From contig NC_091989.1 in NCBI RefSeq assembly GCF_044704955.1, positions 104,780,001 to 104,844,000 on the forward strand: a stretch of DNA of 64,000 bases. Reading direction: 5' to 3'. The first letter of the stretch is position 1. Every line of letters begins with the position of its first letter. Below, piece by piece: positions 38,912 to 50,768 of this stretch. A program made the position numbers and the translations under genes. The notes beneath the pieces are model-generated. The model ran no database searches and was not told where the DNA came from. It saw nothing but the letters and a program-made list of their open reading frames with translations. This stretch comes from Pristiophorus japonicus (taxonomy: Eukaryota).

Positions 38912-40513
38912 ATATAGAGTTAAGTCGGACAAATGAATTTGAGATACAGATCAGCCATTATCTAATTGAACGGCCTCCTCCTCTTCCTATGCCCGCATTT
39001 TAGGCTGTGCACTTGCTTACATCGAGAACTTATTTGAGACTGCCAAACTAATTTCACAAAGGAATCTTACAACACATTGAGAGGGACTGTGTTGTTCTTA
39101 CTCAATACTGGATTGGACCCCAAGTCCTAGAGCTGATGGGGCAATGTAGGAACCGAATGCCTCCTTGAAACTCGGTCTTATGCCAATTTAATTTTTTTAT
39201 ACACTCACAACCGGGCAGGATATCACCGAACATTTCTCTAAACGCCTGGGCTCCCGTATTTGTACTTGATGGTTTCCATTTACACTCCCCCCAACCCGTG
39301 ACTGCAGTTACGGCAGGAGATCAGAGAACACCGAGCCCGCCACCTCCACGGAAATTCTGCCGCATTACATATTAGATATAAACAGATTCGTGGGGAAGGA
39401 ATGGAGGAATTCTGATCTTCGGTTGGGCAGTCAACACGGTGCTGCTGGGAATAAAGGCCAAGATATTTTTCCAAGTTAATAATGCCCTGATTTAATAAAT
39501 TACTATTGTGACAAAATCGGACAAGTACAAATGTAAGGAAAAGATGTTATGGACATTGTTTGTAATAAACTGACAAAACAATGCAAACCTAATGAGGGAC
39601 TCTATTTCCAGCTAAAGAGTATCTGTAGCTCCAGCGGACAGAGGGTCACCTTAGTAACAGACGGTTGTAGGACTGATATAAGCAGAATCTTCTTCAGGCA
39701 AAACATGTTCAAAGAGCGAATAGACTTCGGGCAGGACAAAAACTCTGGAATTATATAAGACATGCACTCTGAGTTAGGATTTCCAATTGGGTTTCCCCCA
39801 TCTGTATGGATGTTGTGATCTACACAGAGATACACAATTATCAATGTAACCCTTTCGTGACGTGATAACTATTCCAGCCCTCGGTTCGCGCTCTGGGGAA
39901 AGTACATTAGAGAAAGCTGCATGATCTGAAATCTCCCCCACACAAACTGAAATGCTGAGTTAGCAACTGGAATGCGCGGGTTCTAATCTATAGATTAGCA
40001 GCATCCAGTCTGCCGTCTGTGTAGACAACGGAGATATTTCAATATATTATGTACATTTCCTCAATATTCACCGATAATTTTAGATCATATATCGAAATAT
40101 CTCTGATGTCTACACGGAATGTTGTGCAATATATGAAATATCCGAAAAACGACCAATTTTGAAATAAACCCACAAAATGTTTTACACAGCAAAGATTATT
40201 AATGAATAAAAAGGGCCGATTCCACTGTTTGTGTAGACTGGGTTGCGCTCTCCCCGATATATTCGGACAGGAACCTCACTCGGAGTCACAATCGCACGCC
40301 AGGATCTGATACTTCCATTGAGAACAGTGATGCGAGCCTCGCTGCATGTTACCGATCCTGGGACATTGGCCCTGTTTGCGTACCGTTTCCAATACCCGTC
40401 ATTTCGCTCTGCTGTGCAATCTATAAAATAAATACAAACAAGTTTAAAAAATGACAGCGCGGATAACTATTGTTAACTATACGGTAGCCGCATAAGGAGG
40501 GTAGGTAAATGAG
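38912..40513. repeat. Intronic block, copy 1 (duplicated at 42760-43589 plus 45770-46417)
   Basis: Long colinear near-identity between the copies. Examples are GAGAACTTATTTGAGACTGCCAAACT near 39024 and 42812, and GACAGCGCGGATAACTATTGT near 40453 and 46354. Confidence 0.9.
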
Positions 40514-40572
40514 AATGTCTTCCTTTAAATTGAAAAACAATGATCAATGTAATTTTTTTTTCTCCGTCAAAG

Positions 40573-40869
40573 TTCCTCCAACCCCCCTAAAAATCGTTGC
40601 TGTCGAAAGGATTTCAGCGACTTCTCTGAAACTCGAGTGTAAAACGGTTGACTTTTACCCGGGGCATTTAGAAATCTCCTGGCGAAGAGATGGTGTCGCA
40701 AATCTGACCGGAATAACAACTGTGAAAAACAGGAGCGCGGAGGGACTGTTTGAGGTTTCCAGCTGGTTGGAAGAAGCACAACCTGCCCAGAGTGGAGTTG
40801 TTTATACATGTCTGGTATCCCATGTGTCTCTTCGGGTGCCCGCCAATGTCAGCTACACCGTACAGCAAG
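40573..40869 (+). CDS. IgSF receptor exon 3: C1-set domain (C1a)
   Basis: Phase 1-1 exon of 297 nt with a strong polypyrimidine acceptor and CAAG|GTAAG donor. LECKTVDFYP...ISW...YTCLVSH is the C1-set signature (FYP, W, YxCxVxH). Confidence 0.92.
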
Positions 40870-41059
40870 GTAAGATTGGAAACATTTACAGCGGGGAACT
40901 GCTCCAACCTGTATTTACTTATTAACAAGTAGCTGGGCAGTTGTTCAAACCCAATGATATTGGGTAAATGAGAACTGTATTTACTGTCAATGTCTCATCA
41001 ATGGGAATGAAATTAATAATATTCAAAACGTGGAGTTAAGGAGGGAGACTATCTCCCTG

Positions 41060-42590
41060 CAGGATATCTGATAGGGTGTTCAAAATCATGAGGAGTTAGA
41101 GAGTAAATAGAGAGAAACTGTTCCCACTGGCAGAAGGGTTGAGAACCAGAGGACACCGTTTTAAGGTGATTGGCAGAAGAACCAAAGGCGACATGAGCAA
41201 AAACAGTTTTACACAGTGAGTGGTTAGGATCTGGAATACACCGCCTGAAAGGGTGGTGGAGGCAGTCTCAATTGAGGCTTTCAAAAGGGATCTGGATAAG
41301 CACCTGAAGAAAAAAAAGGCAGGACCACGGGGAAAGGACGGGGGTGTGAGACTAGCTTGTTCTTCTTTCGCATGATAGTAGCAAGGCAAATCAGATGTCG
41401 AAGTCAGATATCCAGGCCAAAGCTCCCGGTGTAACTGCAAATTTCCTCTGAGTTCAGTGCTCAATGATGTACCCCAGGGTCTGATTAGGAACTCCACAGT
41501 CGCTGATGGCGATGCTTTAATCTTCCACCTATGGAGAAGGTGCCTTCATCTACATAACCAGTTCTGAGGCAGTTGATGTTTGTCCACTGTTTGCAAGGAA
41601 GGTTTGATCCTTCAGATTGTACTGTGAGGTCCTTATAAGGAATCCATTCCGTATGTCACAGTTCTTCCAAGCACTTTGCCATCGGTCAGCATGGCTAAGG
41701 GGAGATTGCTGAAGGGCTTCAGCTATGGTCCAAAATGGCCTTCTCGATTTGAGACAGGTTGGTGGTATTTCCTTCAAATCAGCTTGGATCAGCATATCTT
41801 TGCTGGTGTACTGGTTGCATTCTCTGGAGGCTGCATATTCACACTGTAGGTGTGGTGATGTGATGTTTGCCAGCACTGGCAGCCAAGGAGTTGGTGTTGA
41901 TAAAAGCATAGTGGGACTAGCTGAAGTGCTCTTGCAGAGAGCCGACATGGACTCAATGGGCTGAATGGCCTCCTTCTGTGCTGTAACCATTCTATATTTC
42001 TATGGCGAAATCCGCAACGGGAGATTGATGTGCGAACTGCTCAAAAGCTGAAAGATCATTCCTCCTCAAATGAAATGAAATAATACAACAAATGGATAAG
42101 TTCTACCAGATTCGCTTGTACATCCTGTGTATTTAAATAGAATATATGGAACTGTCATTGGATAAAAGGAAACTATACTCTCTGGAGTTTATAAGATGAG
42201 AGGTGATCTCATTGAAACATATAACATTCTTCGAGAACTTGTTGAAGTAGATGCTGAGAGGTTGTTTCCCCTGGCTGGAGAGCCTGGAACTAGGGGGCAC
42301 AGTTTCAGATAACAGGTCGGCCATTTAAGACCGAGATGAGGATGATTTTTTTCATTCAGAGGGCTATGAACATTTGGAACTCTCTGCCCTAAAGGGATGC
42401 GGATGCTGAGTCATTGATTATAATCAAAGCTGAGATTGATCCATTCATGAGCTCTAAGGTAATAAAGGGATCGGGGATTGGGTGGGAAAGTGGAGTTGAG
42501 ATGGAAGATTAGCCATGATCTTATTGAAGGCTCGAGGGTTCGTAGTACTGGCTTACTACTGTCCTAATTATTATATACTTATTCTGTTCA
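41060..42590. mobile_element. Cluster of CR1 3' fragments (+) with a nested non-LTR (RTE-X-like) 3' fragment on - at about 41375-41905
   Basis: CR1 ORF2 C-terminal homology. The minus-strand ORF contains TPTPWLPVLANI...LKSRRPFW. Confidence 0.65.
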
Positions 42591-43589
42591 TCTGTTCTAT
42601 GCGCACCGTGCCTTCAGCTGCCTAGACCCTAAACTTTGGAATTCCCGCCCTAATCCTCTACTCTTCTGCACATTTCTCTCCTTCTTTAAGACGTTCCTAG
42701 GATCCTACCTCAACCTGTCCTAATTGTGACTCGGTGTCAAATGTTTGATAAGGCAAGGGATATGGAGTTAAGTGGGACACATGAATTTAGGTTGTGCACT
42801 TGCGTGCATTGAGAACTTATTTGAGACTGCCAAACTCATTTCATAAATGAATCTTACAACCCATTGAGAGGGGCTATGTTGTTGTTAACCTCAATACTGG
42901 ATTGGAACCAAAGTCCTATGGCTGATGGGGCAATGTAGGAACCCAATGATTGCTTGAAACTCAGTCTTATGCCAATTGAACTTGTTTATACATTCACAAC
43001 CGGGCAGGATATCACCGAACATTTCTCTAAACGCCCCCGTATTTGTACTTGATGGTTTCCATTTACACTCCCCGCAACCCAAGACTGCAGTTATGGCAGG
43101 AGATCATGACAACACCGATCCCGCCACCTCCACGGAAATTCTGCCGCATTACATATTAGATATAAACAGATCCATGGGGAAGGAATGGAGGAATTGTGAT
43201 CTTAGGTTGGGCAGTCAACATGGTGCTGCTGGGAATAAAGGACAAAATAATTTTCCAAGTTAATAATGCCTTGATTTAGTACATTGCTATTGCTACAAAG
43301 TCAGACAAGTGCAAATGTAAGGAAAAGATGTTAAGGGGGTTGTTTGTAATAAACTGACAAACCAATGCAAACCTAATGAGAGACTCTATTTCCAGCTAAA
43401 CAGTGTCTGTAGCCCCAGCGAACAGAGGGTCACCTTAGCAACAGACGATTGTTGGACTGATATAAGCAGAATCTTCTTCAGGCAAAACGTGTTCAACAGA
43501 GCGAATAGACTTCAGGCAGGGCAAAAACCCTGGAATTATATAAGACATGCACTCTGAGTTAGGATTTCTTATTGGGTTTCCCTCATCTG

Positions 43590-43924
43590 ATCCCAGGAGA
43601 GGCAAGGACCATGGGCAGCACGCGCCAGCGCACACTGCTATATGTGTGCGCGCTCGGTCAGTGCAGCAGAGCAAGTCTCCAGTCGTCTTGGGTACTCCTT
43701 GCCACTGGACCAAGACCTAGCTTTGTCAAGCCCGTGTGGTGTCTGGTGTGCAATGGTCACCACACATTAAAAAAAATCCAAGCACAGGCATCTTCCACCC
43801 TCCAACATATAGTTCGGGATCTGCAATATTAGGTCCTTCATTGAAACAACTGTGAACTCATTCCTTTTTGGCATGGGAGCAAGTCATCCTCATTTCTAGG
43901 GACTGCCTATGATGATGATGATGA
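43590..43924 (+). mobile_element. SINE-like element with an RTE-type 3' tail
   Basis: Ends CAAGTCATCCTC...GGACTGCCTATGATGATGATG, matching the tail of the RTE at 30975-31015 (reverse complement). Confidence 0.65.
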
Positions 43925-43939
43925 TATAATTTTCTCTGT

Positions 43940-45760
43940 GAAGAGAAAAAGATTAGTGAAAACAAACGTAGGTCCCTTGCAGTCAGATTCACGTAAATTT
44001 ATAATGGGAACAAAGAAATGGCAGACCAGTTAAACAAATACTTTGGTTCTGTTTTCATGAAGGAAGTCAGAAATAACCTTCTAGAAATACTAGGGGACCG
44101 AGGGTCTAGTGAGAAGGAGGAACTGAAGGATATCCTTATTAGGCAGGAAATTGTGTTAGGGAAATTGATGGGATTAAAGGCTGATAAATCCCCGGGGTCT
44201 GATAGTCTGCATCCCAGAGTACTTAAAGAAGTGGCTATAGAAATAGTGGATGCATTGGTGATCATTTTCCAACAGTCTATCGACTCTGGATCAGTTCCTA
44301 TGGACTGGAGGGTAGCTGATGTAACACCATTTTTTAAAAAGGGAGGGAGAGAGAAAACAGGTAATTATAGATTGGTTAGCCTGACATCAGTAGTGGGGGA
44401 AATGTTCGAATCAATTATGAAAGATGAAATAACAGCGCATTTGGAAAGCAGTGACAGGATCGGTCCAAGTCGGCATGGATTTATGAATGGCAAATCATGC
44501 TTGACAAATCTTCTGGAATGTTTTGAGGGTGTAACTACTCGAGTGGATAATGGAGAACCAGTGGATGTGGTCTATTTGGACTTTCAAAAGGCTTTTGACA
44601 AGGTCCCACACAAAAGATTGGTGTGTAAAATCAAAGCACATGGTATTGGGGGTAATGTACTGATGTGGATAGAGAACTGGTTGGCAGACAGGAAGCAGAG
44701 TCGGGATAAACAGATCCTTTTCAGAATGGCAGGCAGTGACTAGTGGAGTGTCGCAGGGCTCAGTGCTGGGACTCCAGCTCTTTACAAGATACATTAAAGA
44801 TTTAGATGAAGGAATTGAGTATAATATCTCCAAGTTTGCAGATGACACTAAACTGGGTGGCGGTGTGAGCTGTGAGGAGGACACTAAAAGGCTGCAGGGT
44901 GATTTGGACAGTTTAGGTGAGTGGGCAAATGCATGGCAGATGCAGTATAATGTGGATAAATGTGAGGTTATCCACTTTGGTGGCAAAAGCACGAAGGCAG
45001 AATATTATCTGAATGGCGGCAGATTAGGAAAGGGGGAGGTGCAACGAGACTTGGGTGTCACGGTTCATCAGTCATTGAAAGTTGGCATGCAGGTACAGCA
45101 GGCGGTGAAGAAGGCAAATGGTATGTTGGCCTTCATAGCTTGGGGATTTGAGTATTGGAGCAGGGAGGTCTTACTGCAGTTGTACCGGCCTGGTGAGGCC
45201 TCACCTGGAATATTGTGTTCAGTTTTGGTCTCCTAATCTGAGGAAGGACATTCTTGCTATTGAGGGAGTGCAGCGAAGGTTCACCAGACTGGTTCCCGGG
45301 ATGGCGGGACTGACATATGAGGAGAGACTGGATCAACTGGGCCTTTATACACTGGAGTTTAGAAGGATGAGAGAGGATCTCATAGAAACTTACAAGATTC
45401 TGACGGGACTGGACAGGTTAGATACGGGAAGAATGTTCCTGATGATGGGGAAGTCCAGAAGCAGGGGACATAGCCTTAGGATAAGGGGTAGGCCATTTAG
45501 GACTGAGATGAGGAGAAACTTCTTCACTCAGAGAGTTGTTAACCTGTGGAATTCCCTACCGCAGAGAGTTATTGATGCCAGTTCATTGATTATATTCAAA
45601 AGGGAGTTAGATGTGGCCCTTACAGCTAAAGGGATCAAGGGGTATGGAAAGAAAGCAGGAAAGGGGTACTGAGGTGAATGATCAGCCATGATCTAATTGA
45701 ATGGTGGTGCAGGCTCGAAGGGCCGAATGGCCTACTCCTGCACCTATTTTCTATGGTTCT
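43940..45760 (+). mobile_element. 5'-truncated CR1 LINE
   Basis: ORFs 44018-44743, 44736-45236 and 45148-45672 form a frameshifted RT, followed by a CR1 3'UTR. Confidence 0.92.
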
Positions 45761-47783
45761 GTGTGTCTATAATTATCAATATAACCCTTTCATGATTTGA
45801 AAAATATTCCAGCCCTGGAGAAAGTACATTAGGGAAAGCTGCATAATCTGAAATCTCCCCCACACAAACTGAAATGCTGAGTTAGCAACTGGAATGCGCG
45901 GGTTCTAATCTTTCGATTCGCAGCATCCAGTCTGCCGTCTGTGCAGACATCAGAGATATTTCGATATATTAGCTACATCTCCTCAAATGCACCGATAATC
46001 TAAAATATGTTTCGCAATATACGAAATATCCGATAAACGATCAATTTTCAAATAATGTTTAACACAGCAAAGATTATTAATGAATAAAAAAAGACGGTTC
46101 CACTGTTCGTGCAGACAGGGTTGCGCTCTCTCCGATATATTCGGACAGGAACCTCAGTCGGGGTCACTGCTGTCAACCACAATCCGCGCCAGGCTCTGAT
46201 ACCTCCATTGGGAACAGTGACGCGGGGCTCCCTGCATGTTACCGACCTTGGGAGTCTCGCCCTCTTTGCCTATCGTTCCCAATACATCCCGTCATACTGC
46301 TGTGCGCCGTAAAACAATTTATAAAGTAGATGCAGCCACCAAGTTTAAAAAACGACAGCGCGGATAACTATTGTGACAGTCGAACTGTAACATCATATCC
46401 AGGGTAGATAAATGAGACTATAACCCGATTTACACTATTTCACCAAGTCAAAATCGACCCCAAAGTGAGCTAATTATGGGCTGATTCCTGAAGGGAAGAT
46501 TCCCTCTGGCTAACCTTTTAGAAAACTACAATTTCACTGGAAATTGCAAACACAGATGTGGAGCAATGTTGGGCTGGTCGCGGTGTGTCGCAACGTTGCT
46601 AACATTGGCATGAAATGTAAGTCTTCTTTTGGAACAGCGTTTTTCACTAGAAACAAACCCACAAGGGACCTCTGTGAACACATTTACTATGTCCCTGCAC
46701 ATAGCGGACGTAGGAAACCCTCCTTCACGTTCCTCTCCACGCTACACGGAGAGTTTACCGTTCACTCGCCGAAACTTCGGCTGAAGAGCCGCGGAACTTA
46801 CGTTTTTTTCATGGTTTGAGCGGCTTCTCCGCCGAAGTTACAGCGAACCAGCGGGAGAATCCCGGTGGAAATATTTAAGATGTCCTCATAAAATGAGGAA
46901 TCGTCCTTTGTTTTGAAGCTTTAAGATTCCTGGAATGTTAGCAGGTCGTTGATAATCATGTGTACAGGAGGTATATGGCATGAGCGAAAGTTTCAAGATG
47001 TTTGGAAACGAATGGAATATATTGGAGCAGAAATAAGCATCTCACCTGTTCTGACGCGAAGTCTTAAAGAGCTGAGGAGAACACAGGGTTTTCAGGGCGT
47101 GGAATATCCTTTCAGAAACAGTGGTAGAAGCAGAGTCTATCATTGTTTTTTAAGTTATGTGGATAAATACGTCAACGGGACTAACTGGCCTCGTGTCTCA
47201 GAGCCGACACACGCACACTGAGCCGAATGGACTCCAGCACTGTAACGTACTATGATTTTATAACCGGATAACTATGATTCGGTAAATAGAACACACAGAT
47301 TTAAGATCATTGCCAAAGAACCAGAGGGGAAATGAGAAAAAATGTTTTACAAGGCTAGTTGTTATGATCTATAATGCACTGCCCGGAAGAGTGCTGCCAG
47401 CAGATTCAATAATAACTTTCAAACGGGAATTGGATGTACATTTGAAAAGGAATGTTTAGCAGAGCTATGGGGAAAGAGCAGAGATGTGGGACTAATGGGA
47501 TAGCTCTTTCAGAGAGCCGGCACAGGCAAGCTGGGCCCAATGGTCTCCTTCTGTGCTCCATTATTCTATGATTCTACCAAATATGGCACTTTTCGCTCTC
47601 CGTTTCGGTGCCCGTGTAATTTCTAGCTTAATGCTTAGTAATATTGGAAAACACAGAAATTAACAACGTTCGGATGAAACACTTTGTGAAACGGACCCGT
47701 CCTAAACTCGTGTTCTAAATTATAGACTGCAGAAATAACATAATAATTAGTATTTCAAACACAAACTAATGTTCTTTCCCCAG

Positions 47784-48114
47784 CCCCCCCCCCCCCCCCA
47801 CCCCAACCCCCCCAAGCTCGGCCCACTCCTCTGAGCATCGACTTGATCGAGTCTGAGTTCCGCCCACCCATTTCTCCGACTCTCGTGTGTAAAACAGCGA
47901 AGTTTTACGCTGAAGATCTCAATGTGATTTGGTATAAAAACAACGAAAAGCTTGTAACTGGGGACAATACTGAACAGCGCAGCGCGGTGGGCCTGTATGA
48001 GGTTTGCAGCACTTTCAAAGATACGGCGCATGTCCGCAGTGGGGCTCTGTACAGCTGTACAAGTGTCTCATGTCTCTCTTCAGACTCCAGCCAGTGTTAA
48101 TTACAGCTCCGAAG
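47784..48114 (+). pseudogene. IgSF receptor exon 4: second C1-set domain (C1b) with a +1 frameshift at 48059
   Basis: Two in-frame acceptors at 47783 and 47816. Reads PTPLSI...LVCKTAKFYA...VIWY...GLYEVCS...YSC[+A]QVSHVSLQTPASVNYSSE, then G|GTACC. Paralogous to C1a. As written, it stops at TAA 48098-48100. Confidence 0.85.
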
Positions 48115-48240
48115 GTACCGTCAATACATTTTTCAGAAACGTTCTTCCTTTACACTTTTTCTTAATACAGGGACATGTTGTGAACACTTTTGTTACAATT
48201 TGATGTTACTGCAATCGTTTATTACATTGAGGGTCTGTTT

Positions 48241-48413
48241 AGAAACATAGAAACATAGAAAATAGGTGCAGGAGTGGGCCATTCGGCCCTTCTAGCCTGC
48301 ATCGCCATTCAATGAGTTCATAGCTGAACATGCAACTTCAGTACCCCATTCCTGCTTTCTCGCCATACCCCTTGATCCCCCTAGTAGTAAGGACTTCATC
48401 TAACTCCTTTTTG
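48241..48413 (-). mobile_element. CR1 3'-end fragment, same subfamily as the 17826 and 38590 copies
   Basis: (ATAGAAAC)n tail and a shared 3'UTR. Confidence 0.88.
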
Positions 48414-48798
48414 TCAGATTGTGAATTGTTTCATTTGCAGGCATTGTATTTGAATATTGTTTTAATCATATCGGCATGGCCTTTACATGATTCGTTCTGA
48501 TCCTAAAGTCATAGAATCATAGATATTTACAGCTCATCGTGTCGGCGCCGGCCGACAAAGAACTATCCAGCCGAATCCCACTTCCCAGCTCTTGGTCTGT
48601 AGCCCTGTAGGTTAAAGCACTACAAAACAAAGTGCGCCCATCATGAAAAGAAAAGACATTTAAAGAAATACCTTCAGGACGACGGGTAAACATTTTCAAA
48701 TACGTTTAGTGATCCCGTGTACCTCTGGGTTTTCTTGCTGGTTTAATTGACATTATTGCCCGTCAGCTTTATATCTCCGTAACTCTGTGTGTTTGCAG

Positions 48799-48898
48799 GT
48801 GCTGTGTGTTTGTTGCAACGACATTTCGGGAGTGTATTGGTCATAATGGTGCTGGTGGCCATCGTTGGGAATTATTGTAAGTTGAAGTACTGTCAAAG
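48799..48898 (+). CDS. IgSF receptor transmembrane exon
   Basis: TTTGCAG|GT acceptor. Phase-1 reading gives GAVCLLQRHFGSVLVIMVLVAIVGNYCKLKYCQ. Donor AAG|GTGAG, with an alternative GTAAGT at 48877. Confidence 0.7.
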
Positions 48899-49484
48899 GT
48901 GAGACACAGGTTTATTACCAGAGCGCATCGTCGCTTTACAGATCAATTTTTTGTTGTAAATCAACAGATAACGTCGCGTTAAATGATCGGAGACATTTGG
49001 ACCATAATTTCTTCATTGGAAGTAAGAGGATGTCTATCCCGGGGCAGTGGTTGGTGCAGAGTTGTGTCAACACTATCTCCAGACCAACAGTATCTCACAA
49101 GAGACAACGATCTTCGCTGGTCCCTGTGGCTCAGCAACGTTACGAAGATATTTGGAGGATTCCCATGTTCTGGGGAAATAGCAGAAGTGTTTTAAGAGAC
49201 GCCGCTTAGGATTTCACTAGAAATAGCAACCAGAGGACCCACCACCCCGGGTATTAAAGGGGAATACAAATACAACCGCATCGTTATCGGACCAATATTT
49301 TGATTCACAACAATTATTTTAAAGGATGATGAATTGCTCTGGTGATTGTGTGGGGAAATGTTAAATGCATTTCAGAGTGTTTGTGAATTGGCTGCACCTA
49401 GCCAGAGCGGGTTCCTCCCACCGCATTCACTTACCCGGACTGTTCAGCTGTGAAGCTGGTTTTCTTGGTTCAGTACACATTGTG

Positions 49485-49759
49485 GCACCGGAGGGACTGG
49501 AGTGCATCATCACGCCCGGCAACCAAATTTTAATTTGATTTTATGTTTTAAGTTAATTTGTTTTAATTGCCGGTGCTTTTAGTGTCCCCCTCCCCTTTTA
49601 TAGGGGGCACTTGGAAAAAAAAATGTTTTTGTGCCCAAAAAAACCCCCCAAAAAATACCACAAAAAAATAAAAGGGCCTGTAAATATTTGGTGTTTCCCC
49701 CAGATCGGGGGGGGGGGGGGGGCACGGTTTAATGTTTTTCGTTGACTCCCAAAAAGAGT
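49485..49759 (+). mobile_element. Short 5'-truncated Tx1/L1-like LINE 3' end with a 16-bp TSD
   Basis: TSD TTCAGTACACATTGTG at 49469-49484 and 49760-49775. The insert begins with APEGLECIITPGNQILI*, resembling a Tx1 ORF2 C-terminus. Confidence 0.7.
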
Positions 49760-50696
49760 TTCAGTACACATTGTGCAACTCAGTAAAGTATTCAGAAGCA
49801 GATTTTACGTTAAGGCGTGTGTGCCGAGAATGTGTCCACGAAGATTAATAGAATCAATCTATCAGATGTTTGTTTATTGGTAAATTGAAAGTAGATTACA
49901 TTTGTTCCAATAGTTGATTTAACCATGCTTAGCGCCAAAATGAATTGCACTGACGACAGTGCTATTGTGACAGACTGCGGATAATCTGCTAAACTGGGTC
50001 AAGGTTCAAACAAATATTTCCCAATCTGTCTCTGGTTAAAAACAACCAGTAACCAATGGCCCTGTCGCCAAAGGCAGTGTACACAGACCAGGAAGGTCGC
50101 GGGTTCTATCTCGGGACTAAGCTAAAGTCGCTGATTTCTGCAGGTAGGCAGTGGGTTCCCATGATATTGTTCTTGGTGAGGAAGGGTGGAATCAGGCAGG
50201 TCAAACTCCTGATCCTCTCCGGTGACTACTTCGGAAAGCCTTCATGTCTGGAGTTCAGGATAGTTTTCGGCTGTGAGGACCTCCCCTGAATCTAAAATCC
50301 TGCTGACACTTGGGGATGTAAATTAGTTTGGGACAGTGGCGTAAAACGGGCAATAGCGAACCGGCCATCTGTTTTACACTCTGTCCCATTTGCTTTTTCA
50401 TTGAAATCGATGGAAAAGAAAATCAGAGAGAATTCAAAAATAATTCGCTCTCACCAGTTTCGCACTATGGCCCACGGTAAATTTATACCCCGTACTGTCT
50501 AAACTCACCCTTAAAAGTTGGCCACTTAGGCGAGATATCAGAGCTTGTATTGCGCACATTACCTTACCTGGAGTCAGCACATTTGGGAGAGTACGGGCTG
50601 AGATTGGAAAGGAAAATGTGGGGAGGGGGGGGGTTAGTAATTGATCAAAGTCATCCATTCAATCCACTGCCAGTATTAAATGCTGTGCTTCTTTAG

Positions 50697-50768
50697 CAGG
50701 TCATACAAGAAACAACTGACTGGAACATGACAAACTGTGCTGAAGATTTCACTGCCTCCAAGGAAATT
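50697..50768 (+). other. Candidate small cytoplasmic or 3' exon of the IgSF gene
   Basis: Acceptor CTTCTTTAG|CAG and donor ATT|GTAAGT. Open only in phase 0 (QVIQETTDWNMTNCAEDFTASKEI). The phase link to the TM exon is unresolved. Confidence 0.3.

Larger units (their letters stand above)
42760..46417. repeat. Intronic block, copy 2, split by a SINE and a CR1 insertion
   Basis: Homology to 38912-40513 stops at about 43589 and resumes at about 45770. Confidence 0.88.

Noticed and set aside
40182-40420. Minus-strand exon-like open frame (78 codons, containing NPVY) in the duplicated intron block, and short + strand ORFs at 40243 and 46109
   Set aside because: No recognisable domain. The minus frame has a stop and lacks the acceptor in copy 2. 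The shared + ORFs are explained by the duplication.
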